This document shows positions 12,801-28,400 of a stretch of 64,000 nucleotides of DNA, piece after piece. The notes below the pieces were generated by a model. That model was given only the letters and a program-made list of their open reading frames with translations, did no database searches and was not told the origin of the DNA. The stretch's first letter is position 1. Each line of letters opens with the position of its first letter. This DNA comes from Eledone cirrhosa (Eukaryota), in contig OZ024742.1 in the NCBI GenBank assembly GCA_964016885.1, forward strand, positions 376,526,001-376,590,000, in the 5' to 3' direction. A program made the position numbers and the translations under genes.

Positions 12801-15800
12801 GAGTGTAATATAATAAGACAGACAGAGTGTAATATAATAAGACAGACAGAGTGTTATATAATAATACAGACAGAGTGTAATATAATAATACAGACAGAGT
12901 GTAATATAATAATACAGAGAGTGTAATATAATAATACAGACAGAGTGTAATATATTAATACAGACAGAGTGTAATATAATAATACAGAGAGTGTAATATA
13001 ATAATACAGACAGAGTGTAATATAATAATACAGACAGAGTAATATAATAATACAGACAGAGTGTAATATAATAATACAGACAGAGTGTAATATAATAATA
13101 CAGACAGAGTGTAATATAATAATACAGAGTGTGTAATATAATAATACAGACAGAGTGTAATATAATAATACAGAGAGTGTAATATAATAATACAGACAGA
13201 GTGTAATATAATAATACAGACAGAGTGTAATATAATAATACAGACAGAGTGTAATATAATAATACAGAGTGTGTAATATAATAATACAGACAGAGTGTAA
13301 TATAATAATACAGACAGAGTGTAATATAATAATACAGAGAGTGTAATATAATAATACAGACAGAGTGTAATATAATAATACAGACAGATTGTAATATAAT
13401 AATACAGACAGAGTGTAATATAATAATACAGACAGAGTGTAATATAATAATACAGACAGAGTGTAATATAATAATACAGACAGAGTGTAATATAATAATA
13501 CAGACAGAGTGTAATATAATAATACAGACAGAGTGTAATATAATAATACAGACAGAGTGTAATATAATAATACAGACAGAGTGTAATATAATAATACAGA
13601 CAGAGTGTAATTTAATAATACAGAGAGTGTAATATAATAATACAGACAGAGTGTAATATAATAATACAGACAGAGTGTAATATAATAATACAGACAGAGT
13701 GTAATATAATAATACAGACAGAGTGTAATATAATAATACAGAGAGAGAGTAATATAATAATACAGACAGAGTGTAATATAATAATACAGAGAGAGAGTAA
13801 TATAATAATACAGACAGAGTGTAATATAACAATACAGACAGAGTGTAATATAACAATACAGACAGAGTGTAATATAATAATACAGACAGAGTGTAATATA
13901 ATAATACAGAGAGAGAGTAATATAATAATACAGACAGAGTGTAATATAATAATACAGAGAGAGAGTAATATAATAATACAGACAGAGTGTAATATAATAA
14001 TACAGACAGAGTGTAATATAATAATACAGAGAGAGAGTAATATAATAATACAGACAGAGTGTAATATAATAATACAGACAGAGTGTAATATAATAATACA
14101 GAGAGAGAGTAATATAATAATACAGACAGAGTGTAATATAATAATACAGAGAGAGAGTAATATAATAATACAGACAGAGTGTAATATAATAATACAGAGA
14201 GAGAGAGTAATATAATAATACAGACAGACTGTAATATAATAATACAGACAGAGTGTAATATAACAATACAGACAGAGTGTAATATAATAATACAGACAGA
14301 GTGTAATATAATAATACAGACAGAGTGTAATATAATAATACAGACAGAGTGTAATATAATAATACAGACAGAGTGTAATATAATAATACAGACAGAGTGT
14401 AATATATTAATACAGACAGAGTGTAATATAATAATACAGACAGAGTGTAATATAATAATACAGACAGAGTGTAATATATTAATACAGACAGAGTGTAATA
14501 TAATAATACAGACAGAGTGTAATATAATAATACAGACAGAGTGTAATATAATAATACAGACAGAGTGTAATATATTAATACAGACAGAGTGTAATATAAT
14601 AATACAGAGAGTGTAATATAATAATACAGACAGAGTGTAATATATTAATACAGACAGAGTGTAATATAATAATACAGACAGAGTGTAATATAATAATACA
14701 TACAGAGTGTAATATAATAATACATACAGAGTGTAATATAATAATACAGAGAGTGTAATATAATAATACAGACAGACTGTAATATAATAATACAGACAGA
14801 GTGTAATATAATAATACATACAGAGTGTAATATAATAATACAGAGAGTGTAATATAATAATACAGACAGAGTGTAATATATTAATACAGACAGAGTGTAA
14901 TATAATAATACAGACAGAGTGTAATATATTAATACAGACAGAGTGTAATATATTAATACATACAGAGTGTAATATAATAATACAGAGAGTCTAATATAAT
15001 AATACAGACAGAGTGTAATATAATAATACAGACCGACTGTAATATAATAATACAGACAGAGTGTAATATAATAATACAGATAGAGTGTAATATAATAATA
15101 CAGACAAAGTGTAATATAATAATACAGACAGAGTGTAATATAATAATACAGAGAGTGTAATATAATAATACAGACAGAGTGTAATATAATAATACAGAGA
15201 GTGTAATATAATAATACAGACAGAGTGTAATATAATAATACAGACAGAGTGTAATATAATAATACAGACAGAGTGTAACATAATGAGACAGACAAAGTGT
15301 AATATAATAATACAGACAGAGTGTAATATAATAATACATAGAGTGTAATATAATAATACAGACAGAGTGTAATATAATAATACAGACAGAGTGTAATATA
15401 ATAATACAGAGAGTGTAATATAATAATACAGACAGAGTGTAATATAATAATACAGACAGAGTGTAATATATTAATACAGACAGAGTGTAATATAATAATA
15501 CAGAGAGTGTAATATAATAATACAGACAGAGTGTAATATAATAATACAGACAGAGTGTAATATAATAATACAGACAGAGTGTAATATAATAATACAGAGA
15601 GTGTAATATAATAATACAGACAGAGTGTAATATAATAATACAGACAGAGTGTAATATAATAATACAGAGAGTGTAATATAATAAGACAGACAGAGTGTAA
15701 TATAATAATACAGACAGAGTGTAATATAATAATACAGACAGAGTGTAATATAATAATACAGACAGAGTGTAATATAATAATACAGAGAGTGTAATATAAT

Positions 15801-16450
15801 AATACAGACAGAGTGTAATATATTAATACAGACAGAGTGTAATATAATAATACAGAGAGTGTAATATAATAATACAGACAGAGTGTAATATAATAATACA
15901 GACAGAGTGTAATATAATAATACAGACAGAGTGTAATATAATAATACAGACAGAGTGTAATATAATAATACAGAGTGTGTAATATAATAATACAGACAGA
16001 GTGTAATATAATAATACAGAGAGTGTAATATAATAATACAGACAGAGTGTAATATAATAATACAGACAGAGTGTAATATAATAATACAGACAGAGTGTAA
16101 TATAAAAATACAGACAGAGTGTAATATAATAATACAGACAGAGTGTAATATAATAATGCAGACAGAGTGTAATATAATAATACAGACAGAGTGTAATATA
16201 ATAATACAGAGTGTGTAATATAATAAAACAGACAGATTGTAATATAATAATACAGACAGAGTGTAATATAATAATACAGACAGACTGTAATATAATAATA
16301 CAGATAGAGTGTAATATAATAAAACAGATAGAGTGTAATATAATAATACAGACAAAGTGTAATATAATAATACAGACAGAGTGTAATATAATAATACAGA
16401 CAGAGTGTAATATAATAATACAGAGAGTGTAATATAATAATACAGACAGA
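3848..16450. repeat. 24-bp satellite, variant domain A with a ~6.6-kb higher-order repeat
   Basis: Diagnostic monomers (AACATAATGAGAC at 8666 and 15277, GACCGACT, AATTTAAT, GAGAGAGAGT clusters) recur 6611 bp apart. The right boundary is approximate. Confidence 0.9.
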
Positions 16451-19400
16451 GTGTAATATAATAATACAGACAGAGTGTAATATAATAATACAGACAGAGT
16501 GTAATATAATAATACAGACAGAGTGTAATATAACAATACAGACAGAGTGTAATATAATAATACAGAGAGTGTGTAATATAATAATACAGACAGAGTGTAA
16601 TATAATAATACAGACAGAGTGTAATATAATAATACAGACAGAGTGTAATACAATAATACAGACAGAGTGTAATATAATAATACAGACAGAGTGTAATATA
16701 ATAATACATACAGAGTGTAATATAACAATACAGACAGAGTGTAATATAATAATACAGAGAGTGTGTAATATAATAATACAGACAGAGTGTAATATAATAA
16801 TACAGACAGAGTGTAATATAATCATACAGACAGAGTGTAATATATTAATACAGACAGAGTGTAATATAATAATACAGAGAGTCTAATATAATAATACAGA
16901 CAGAGTGTAATATAATAATACAGACAGAGTGTAATATATTAATACAGACAGAGTGTAATATAACAATACAGAGAGTCTAATATAATAATACAGACAGAGT
17001 GTAATATAATAATACAGAGTGTAATATATTAATACAGACAGAGTGTAATATAACAATACAGAGAGTGTAATATAATAATACAGAGTGTGTAATATAATAA
17101 TACAGACAGATTGTAATATAATAATACAGACAGAGTGTAATATAATAATACAGACAGAGTGTAATATAATAATACAGTGAGAGTGTAATATAATAATACA
17201 GACAGAGTGTAATATAATAATACAGACAGAGTGTAATATAACAATACAGACAGAGTGTAATATAATAATACAGACAGAGTGTAATATAACAATACAGACA
17301 GAGTGTAATATAATAATACAGACAGAGTGTAATATAATAATACAGACAGAGTGTAATATAATAATACAGACAGGGTGTAATATAATAATACAGAGAGTGA
17401 AATATAATAATACAGACAGAGTGTAATATATTAATACAGACAGAGTGTAATATAATAATACAGAGAGTGTAATATAATAATACAGACAGTGTAATATAAT
17501 AATACAGACAGAGTGTAATATAATAATACAGACAGAGTGTAATATAATAATACAGACAGAGTGTAATATAATAATACAGACAGTGTAATATAATAATACA
17601 GACAGAGTGTAATATAACAATACAGACAGAGTGTAATATAATAATACAGACAGAGTGTAATATAATAATACAGAGAGTGTAATATAATAATACAGACAGA
17701 GTGTAATATATTAATACAGACAGAGTGTAATATATTAATACAGACAGAGTGTAATATAATAATACAGACAGAGTGTAATATAATAATACAGAGAGTGTGT
17801 AATATGATAATACAGAGTGTGTAATATAATAATACAGAGAGTGTAATATAATAATACAGACAGAGTGTAATATAGTAATACAGACAGAGTGTAATATATT
17901 AATACAGACAGAGTGTAATATAATAATACAGACAGAGTGTAATATAATAATACAGACAGGGTGTAATATAATAATACAGAGTGTGTAATATAATAATACA
18001 GACAGAGTGTAATATAATAATACAGAGAGTGTAATATAACAATACAGACAGAGTGTAATATAATAATACAGACAGAGTGTAATATAATAATACATAGAGA
18101 GTGTAATATAATAATACAGAGAGTGTAATATAATAATACAGACAGAGTGTAATATAATAATACAGACAGATTGTAATATAATAATACAGAGTGTGTAATA
18201 TAATAATACAGACAGAGTGTAATATAATAATACAGTCAGATTGTAATATAATAATACAGACAGAGTGTAATATAATAATACAGATAGAGTGTAATATAAT
18301 AATACAGACAGAGTGTAATATAATAATACAGAGAGTGTAATATAATATTGCAGACAGAGTGTAATATAATAATACAGACAGAGTGTAATATAATAATACA
18401 GACAGAGTGTAATATAATAATACAGAGAGTGTAATATAATAATACAGACAGAGTGTAATATAATAATACAGACAGAGTGTAATATAATAATACAGAGAGT
18501 GTAATATAATAATACAGATAGAGTGTAATATAATAATACAGACAGAGTGTAATATAATAATACAGATAGAGTGTAATATAATAATACAGATAGAGTGTAA
18601 TATAATAATACAGAGTGTGTAATATAATAATACAGACAGAGTGTAATATAATAATACAGTCAGAGTGTAATATAATAATACAGACAGAGTGTAATATAAT
18701 AATACAGACAGAGTGTAATATATTAATACAGACAGAGTGTAATATAATAATAGAGACAGAGTGTAATATAATAATACAGACAGAGTGTAATATATTAATA
18801 CAGACAGAGTGTAATATAATAATACAGAGAGTGTAATATAATAATACAGAGTGTGTAATATAATAATACAGACATATTGTAATATAATAATACATACAGA
18901 GTGTAATATAATAATACAGACAGAGTGTAATATAATAATACAGACAGGGTGTAATATAATAATACAGACAGAGTGTAATATAATAATACAGACAGAGTGT
19001 AATATAATAATACAGACAGAGTGTAATATAACAATACAGACAGAGTGTAATATAACAATACAGACAGAGTGTAATATAATAATACAGACAGAGTGTAGTA
19101 TAACAATACAGACAGAGTGTAATATAATAATACAGACAGAGTGTAATATAATAATACAGACAGAGTGTAATATAATAATACAGAGAGTGTAATATAATAT
19201 TACAGACAGAGTGTAATATAATAATACAGACAGAGTGTAATATAATAATACAGAGAGTGTAATATAATATTACAGACAGAGTGTAATATAATAATACAGA
19301 CAGAGTGTAATATAATAATACAGAGAGTGTAATATAATATTACAGACAGAGTGTAATATAATAATACAGACAGAGTGTAATATAATAATACAGACAGAGT

Positions 19401-22400
19401 GTAATATAATAATACAGACAGAGTGTAATATAATAATACAGAGAGTGTAATATAATAATACAGACAGAGTGTAATATAATAATACAGACAGAGTGTAATA
19501 TAATAATACAGATAGAGTGTAATATAATAATACAGACAGAGTGTAATATAATAATACAGACAGAGTGTAATATAATAATACAGACAGAGTGTAATATAAT
19601 AATACAGACAGAGTGTAATATAATAATACAGACAGAGTGTAATATAATAATACAGACAGAGTGTAATATAATAATACAGACAGAGTGTAATATAATAATA
19701 CAGAGAGTGTAATATAATAATACAGACAGAGTGTAATATAATAATACAGACAGAGTGTAATATAATAATACAGAGAGTGTAATATAATAATACAGACAGA
19801 GTGTAATATAATAATACAGACAGAGTGTAATATAATAATACAGACAGAGTGTAATATAATAATACAGACAGAGTGTAATATAATAATACAGAGAGTGTAA
19901 TATAATAATACAGACAGAGTGTAATATAATAATACAGACAGAGTGTAATATAATAATACAGACAGAGTGTAATATAATAATACAGACAGAGTGTAATATA
20001 ATAATACAGACAGAGTGTAATATAATAATACAGACAGAGTGTAATATAATAATACAGACAGAGTGTAATATAATAATACAGAGAGTGTGTAATATAATAA
20101 TACAGAGTGTGTAATATAATAATACAGGCAGAGTGTAATATAATAATACAGAGAGTGTAATATAACAATACAGACAGAGTGTAATATAATAATACAGACA
20201 GAGTGTAATATAATAATACATAGAGAGTGTAATATAATAATACAGAGAGTGTAATATAATAATACAGACAGAGTGTAATATAATAATACAGACAGATTGT
20301 AATATAATAATACAGAGTGTGTAATATAATAATACAGACAGAGTGTAATATAATAATACAGTCAGAGTGTAATATAATAATACAGACAGAGTGTAATATA
20401 ATAATACAGATAGAGTGTAATATAATAATACAGACAGAGTGTAATATAATAATACAGAGAGTGTAATATAATATTGCAGACAGAGTGTAATATAATAATA
20501 CAGACAGAGTGTAATATAATAATACAGACAGAGTGTAATATAATAATACAGACAGAGTGTAATATAATAATACAGATAGAGTGTAATATAATAATACAGA
20601 CAGAGTGTAATATAATAATACAGAGAGTGTAATATAATAATACAGACAGAGTGTAATATAATAATACAGACAGAGTGTAATATAATAATACAGAGAGTGT
20701 AATATAATAATACAGACAGAGTGTAATATAATAATACAGACAGAGTGTAATATAATAATACAGATAGAGTGTAATATAATAATACAGACAGAGTGTAATA
20801 TAATAATACAGATAGAGTGTAATATAATAATACAGACAGAGTGTAATATAATAATACAGACAGAGTGTAATATAATAATACAGATAGAGTGTAATATAAT
20901 AATACAGACAGAGTGTAATATAATAATACAGATAGAGTGTAATATAATAATACAGACAGAGTGTAATATAATAATACAGACAGAGTGTAATATAATAATA
21001 CAGATAGAGTGTAATATAATAATACAGAGAGTGTAATATAATAATACAGACAGAGTGTAATATAATAATACAGATAGAGTGTAATATAATAATACAGACA
21101 GAGTGTAATATAATAATACAGATAGAGTGTAATATAATAATACAGACAGAGTGTAATATAATAATACAGACAGAGTGTAATATAATAATACAGATAGAGT
21201 GTAATATAATAATACAGAGAGTGTAATATAATAATACAGACAGAGTGTAATATAATAATACAGATAGAGTGTAATATAATAATACAGACAGAGTGTAATA
21301 TAATAATACAGATAGAGTGTAATATAATAATACAGACAGAGTGTAATATAATAATACAGACAGAGTGTAATATAATAATACAGATAGAGTGTAATATAAT
21401 AATACAGAGAGTGTAATATAATAATACAGACAGAGTGTAATATAATAATACAGATAGAGTGTAATATAATAATACAGACAGAGTGTAATATAATAATACA
21501 GATAGAGTGTAATATAATAATACAGACAGAGTGTAATATAATAATACAGACAGAGTGTAATATAATAATACAGATAGAGTGTAATATAATAATACAGAGA
21601 GTGTAATATAATAATACAGACAGAGTGTAATATAATAATACAGATAGAGTGTAATATAATAATACAGACAGAGTGTAATATAATAATACAGATAGAGTGT
21701 AATATAATAATACAGACAGAGTGTAATATAATAATACAGATAGAGTGTAATATAATAATACAGAGAGTGTAATATAATAATACAGACAGAGTGTAATATA
21801 ATAATACAGATAGAGTGTAATATAATAATACAGACAGAGTGTAATATAATAATACAGATAGAGTGTAATATAATAATACAGACAGAGTGTAATATAATAA
21901 TACAGACAGAGTGTAATATAATAATACAGACAGAGTGTAATATAATAATACAGACAGAGTTTAATATAATAATACAGAGAGTGTAATATAATAATACAGA
22001 GAGTGTAATATAATAATACAGACAGAGTGTAATATATTAATACAGACAGAGTGTAATATAATAATACAGACAGAGTTTAATATAATAATACATAGAGTGT
22101 AATATAATAATACAGACAGACTGTAATATAATAATACAGATAGAGTGTAATATAATAATACAGACAGAGTGTAATATAATAAGACAGACAACGTGTAATA
22201 TAATAATACAGACAGAGTGTAATATAATAATACAGACAGAGTGTAATATAATAATAGAGACAGAGTGTAATATAATAATACAGACAGAGTGTAATATATT
22301 AATACAGACAGAGTGTAATATAATAATACAGAGAGTGTAATATAATAATACAGAGTGTGTAATATAATAATACAGACATATTGTAATATAATAATACATA

Positions 22401-25400
22401 CAGAGTGTAATATAATAATACAGACAGAGTGTAATATAATAATACAGACAGGGTGTAATATAATAATACAGACAGAGTGTAATATAATAATGCAGACAGA
22501 GTGTAATATAATAATACAGACAGAGTGTAATATAACAATACAGACAGAGTGTAATATAACAATACAGACAGAGTGTAATATAATAATACAGACAGAGTGT
22601 AGTATAACAATACAGACAGAGTGTAATATAATAATACAGACAGAGTGTAATATAATAATACAGAGAGTGTAATATAATATTACAGACAGAGTGTAATATA
22701 ATAATACAGACAGAGTGTAATATAATAATACAGAGAGTGTAATATAACAATACAGACAGAGTGTAATATAATAATACAGACAGAGTGTAATATAATAATA
22801 CATAGAGAGTGTAATATAATAATACAGAGAGTGTAATATAATAATACAGACAGAGTGTAATATAATAATACAGACAGAGTGTAATATAACAATACAGAGA
22901 GAGAGTAATATAATAATACAGACAGAGTGTAATATAATAATACAGACAGAGTGTAATATAATAATACAGACAGAGTGTAATATAACAATACAGAGAGAGA
23001 GTAATATAATAATACAGACAGAGTGTAATATAATAATACAGAGAGAGAGTAATATAATAATACAGACAGAGTGTAATATAATAATACAGACAGAGTGTAA
23101 TATAACAATACAGAGAGTGTAATATAATAATACAGACAGAGTGTAATATAATAATACAGACAGAGTGTAATATAACAATACAGAGAGAGAGTAATATAAT
23201 AATACAGACAGAGTGTAATATAATAATACAGACAGAGTGTAATATAACAATACAGAGAGTGTAATATAATAATACAGACAGAGTGTAATATAATAATACA
23301 GACAGAGTGTAATATAACAATACAGAGAGAGAGTAATATAATAATACAGAGAGTGTAATATAATAATACAGACAGAGTGTAATATAATAATACAGACAGA
23401 GTGTAATATAACAATACAGAGAGTGTAATATAATAATACAGACAGAGTGTAATATAATAATACAGACAGAGTGTAATATAACAATACAGAGAGAGAGTAA
23501 TATAATAATACAGACAGAGTGTAATATAATAATACAGAGAGAGAGTAATATAATAATACAGACAGAGTGTAATATAATAATACAGACAGAGTGTAATATA
23601 ACAATACAGACAGAGTGTAATATAACAATACAGACAGAGTGTAATATAACAATACAGACAGAGTGTAATATAATAATACAGACAGAGTGTAATATAATAA
23701 TACAGACAGAGTGTAATATAACAATACAGACAGAGTGTAATATAATAATACAGAGAGTGTGATATAATAATACAGACAGAGTGTAATATAATAATACAGA
23801 CAGAGTGTAATATAATAATACAGACAGAGTGTAATATATTAATACAGACAGAGTGTAATATAATAATACAGAGAGTGTAATATAATAATACAGACAGAGT
23901 GTAATATAATAATAAAGAGAGTGTGTAATATAATAATACAGACAGAGTGTAATATAATAATACAGTGAGAGTGTAATATAATAATACAGACAGAGTGTAA
24001 TATAATAATACAGACAGAGTGTAATATAATAATACAGAGAGTGTAATATAACAATACAGACAGAGTGTAATATAATAATACAGACAAAGTGTAATATAAT
24101 AATACAGACAGAGTGTAATATAATAATACAGACAGAGTGTAATATAATAATACAGTGAGAGTGTAATATAATAATACAGACAGAGTGTAATATAATAATA
24201 CAGACAGAGTGTAATATAACAATACAGACAGAGTGTAATATAATAATACAGACAGAGTGTAATATAATAATACAGACAGAGTGTAATATAACAATACAGA
24301 CAGTGTAATATAATAATACAGACAGAGTGTAATATAATAATACAGACAGAGTGTAATATAACAATACAGACAGAGTGTAATATAATAATACAGAGAGTGT
24401 AATATAATAATACAGACAGAGTGTAATATAATAATACAGACAGAGTGTAATATAACAATACAGAGAGTGTAATATAATAATACAGACAGAGTGTAATATA
24501 ACAATACAGACGGAGTGTAATATAATAATACAGAGAGTGTAATATAACAATACATACAGACTGTAATATAATAATACAGACAGAGTGTAATATAACAATA
24601 CAGACAGAGTGTAATATAATAATACAGACAGAGTGTAATATAATAATACAGACAGAGTGTAATATAATAATACAGGGAGTGTAATATAATAATACAGACA
24701 GAGTGTAATATAACAATACAGACAGAGTGTAATATAATAATACAGAGTGTAATATAACAATACAGACAGAGTGTAATATAATAATACAGACAGAGTGTAA
24801 TATAATAATACAGACAGAGTGTAATATAATAATACAGACAGAGTGTAATATAATAATACAGACAGAGTGTAATATAACAATACAGACAGAGTGTAATATA
24901 ATAATACAGAGAGTGTAATATAACAATACAGACAGAGTGTAATATAATAATACAGACAGAGTGTAATATAACAATACAGACAGAGTGTAATATAATAATA
25001 CAGACAGAGTGTAATATAATAATACAGACAGAGTGTAATATAATAATACAGAGAGTGTAATATAATAATACAGACAGAGTGTAATATAATAATACAGAGT
25101 GTAATATAACAATACAGACAGAGTGTAATATAATAATACAGACAGAGTGTAATATAATAATACAGACAGAGTGTAATATAACAATACAGACAGAGTGTAA
25201 TATAATAATACAGAGAGTGTGTAATATAATAATACAGACAGAGTGTAATATAATAATACAGACAGAGTGTAATATAATAATACAGACAGAGTGTAATACA
25301 ATAATACAGACAGAGTGTAATATAATAATACAGACAGAGTGTAATATAATAATACATACAGAGTGTAATATAACAATACAGACAGAGTGTAATATAATAA

Positions 25401-28400
25401 TACAGAGAGTGTGTAATATAATAATACAGACAGAGTGTAATATAATAATACAGACAGAGTGTAATATAATCATACAGACAGAGTGTAATATATTAATACA
25501 GACAGAGTGTAATATAATAATACAGACAGAGTGTAATATATTAATACAGACAGAGTGTAATATAACAATACAGAGAGTCTAATATAATAATACAGACAGA
25601 GTGTAATATAATAATACAGACAGAGTGTAATATATTAATACAGACAGAGTGTAATATAACAATACAGAGAGTGTAATATAATAATACAGAGTGTGTAATA
25701 TAATAATACAGACAGATTGTAATATAATAATACAGACAGAGTGTAATATAATAATACAGACAGAGTGTAATATAATAATACAGTGAGAGTGTAATATAAT
25801 AATACAGACAGAGTGTAATATAATAATACAGACAGAGTGTAATATAACAATACAGACAGAGTGTAATATAATAATACAGACAGAGTGTAATATAACAATA
25901 CAGACAGAGTGTAATATAATAATACAGACAGAGTGTAATATAATAATACAGACAGAGTGTAATATAATAATACAGACAGGGTGTAATATAATAATACAGA
26001 GAGTGAAATATAATAATACAGACAGAGTGTAATATATTAATACAGACAGAGTGTAATATAATAATACAGAGAGTGTAATATAATAATACAGACAGAGTGT
26101 AATATAATAATACAGACAGTGTAATATAATAATACAGACAGAGTGTAATATAACAATACAGACAGAGTGTAATATAATAATACAGACAGAGTGTAATATA
26201 ATAATACAGAGAGTGTAATATAATAATACAGACAGAGTGTAATATATTAATACAGACAGAGTGTAATATATTAATACAGACAGAGTGTAATATAATAATA
26301 CAGACAGAGTGTAATATAATAATACAGAGAGTGTGTAATATGATAATACAGAGTGTGTAATATAATAATACAGAGAGTGTAATATAATAATACAGACAGA
26401 GTGTAATATAGTAATACAGACAGAGTGTAATATATTAATACAGACAGAGTGTAATATAATAATACAGACAGAGTGTAATATAATAATACAGAGAGTGTGT
26501 AATATAATAATACAGAGTGTGTAATATAATAATACAGACAGAGTGTAATATAATAATACAGAGAGTGTAATATAACAATACAGACAGAGTGTAATATAAT
26601 AATACAGACAGAGTGTAATATAATAATACATAGAGAGTGTAATATAATAATACAGAGAGTGTAATATAATAATACAGACAGAGTGTAATATAATAATACA
26701 GACAGATTGTAATATAATAATACAGAGTGTGTAATATAATAATACAGACAGAGTGTAATATAATAATACAGTCAGATTGTAATATAATAATACAGACAGA
26801 GTGTAATATAATAATACAGATAGAGTGTAATATAATAATACAGACAGAGTGTAATATAATAATACAGAGAGTGTAATATAATATTGCAGACAGAGTGTAA
26901 TATAATAATACAGACAGAGTGTAATATAATAATACAGACAGAGTGTAATATAATAATACAGACAGAGTGTAATATAATAATACAGACAGAGTGTAATATA
27001 ATAATACAGAGAGTGTAATATAATAATACAGACAGAGTGTAATATAATAATACAGACAGAGTGTAATATAATAATACAGATAGAGTGTAATATAATAATA
27101 CAGACAGAGTGTAATATAATAATACAGATAGAGTGTAATATAATAATACAGATAGAGTGTAATATAATAATACAGAGTGTGTAATATAATAATACAGACA
27201 GAGTGTAATATAATAATACAGTCAGAGTGTAATATAATAATACAGACAGAGTGTAATATAATAATACAGATAGAGTGTAATATAATAATACAGACAGAGT
27301 GTAATATAATAATAGAGACAGAGTGTAATATAATAATACAGACAGAGTGTAATATATTAATACAGACAGAGTGTAATATAATAATACAGAGAGTGTAATA
27401 TAATAATACAGAGTGTGTAATATAATAATACAGACATATTGTAATATAATAATACATACAGAGTGTAATATAATAATACAGACAGAGTGTAATATAATAA
27501 TACAGACAGGGTGTAATATAATAATACAGACAGAGTGTAATATAATAATACAGACAGAGTGTAATATAATAATACAGACAGAGTGTAATATAACAATACA
27601 GACAGAGTGTAATATAACAATACAGACAGAGTGTAATATAATAATACAGACAGAGTGTAGTATAACAATACAGACAGAGTGTAATATAATAATACAGACA
27701 GAGTGTAATATAATAATACAGACAGAGTGTAATATAATAATACAGAGAGTGTAATATAATATTACAGACAGAGTGTAATATAATAATACAGACAGAGTGT
27801 AATATAATAATACAGAGAGTGTAATATAATATTACAGACAGAGTGTAATATAATAATACAGACAGAGTGTAATATAATAATACAGAGAGTGTAATATAAT
27901 ATTACAGACAGAGTGTAATATAATAATACAGACAGAGTGTAATATAATAATACAGACAGAGTGTAATATAATAATACAGACAGAGTGTAATATAATAATA
28001 CAGAGAGTGTAATATAATAATACAGACAGAGTGTAATATAATAATACAGACAGAGTGTAATATAATAATACAGATAGAGTGTAATATAATAATACAGACA
28101 GAGTGTAATATAATAATACAGATAGAGTGTAATATAATAATACAGACAGAGTGTAATATAATAATACAGACAGAGTGTAATATAATAATACAGACAGAGT
28201 GTAATATAATAATACAGAGAGTGTGTAATATAATAATACAGAGTGTGTAATATAATAATACAGACAGAGTGTAATATAATAATACAGAGAGTGTAATATA
28301 ACAATACAGACAGAGTGTAATATAATAATACAGACAGAGTGTAATATAATAATACATAGAGAGTGTAATATAATAATACAGAGAGTGTAATATAATAATA

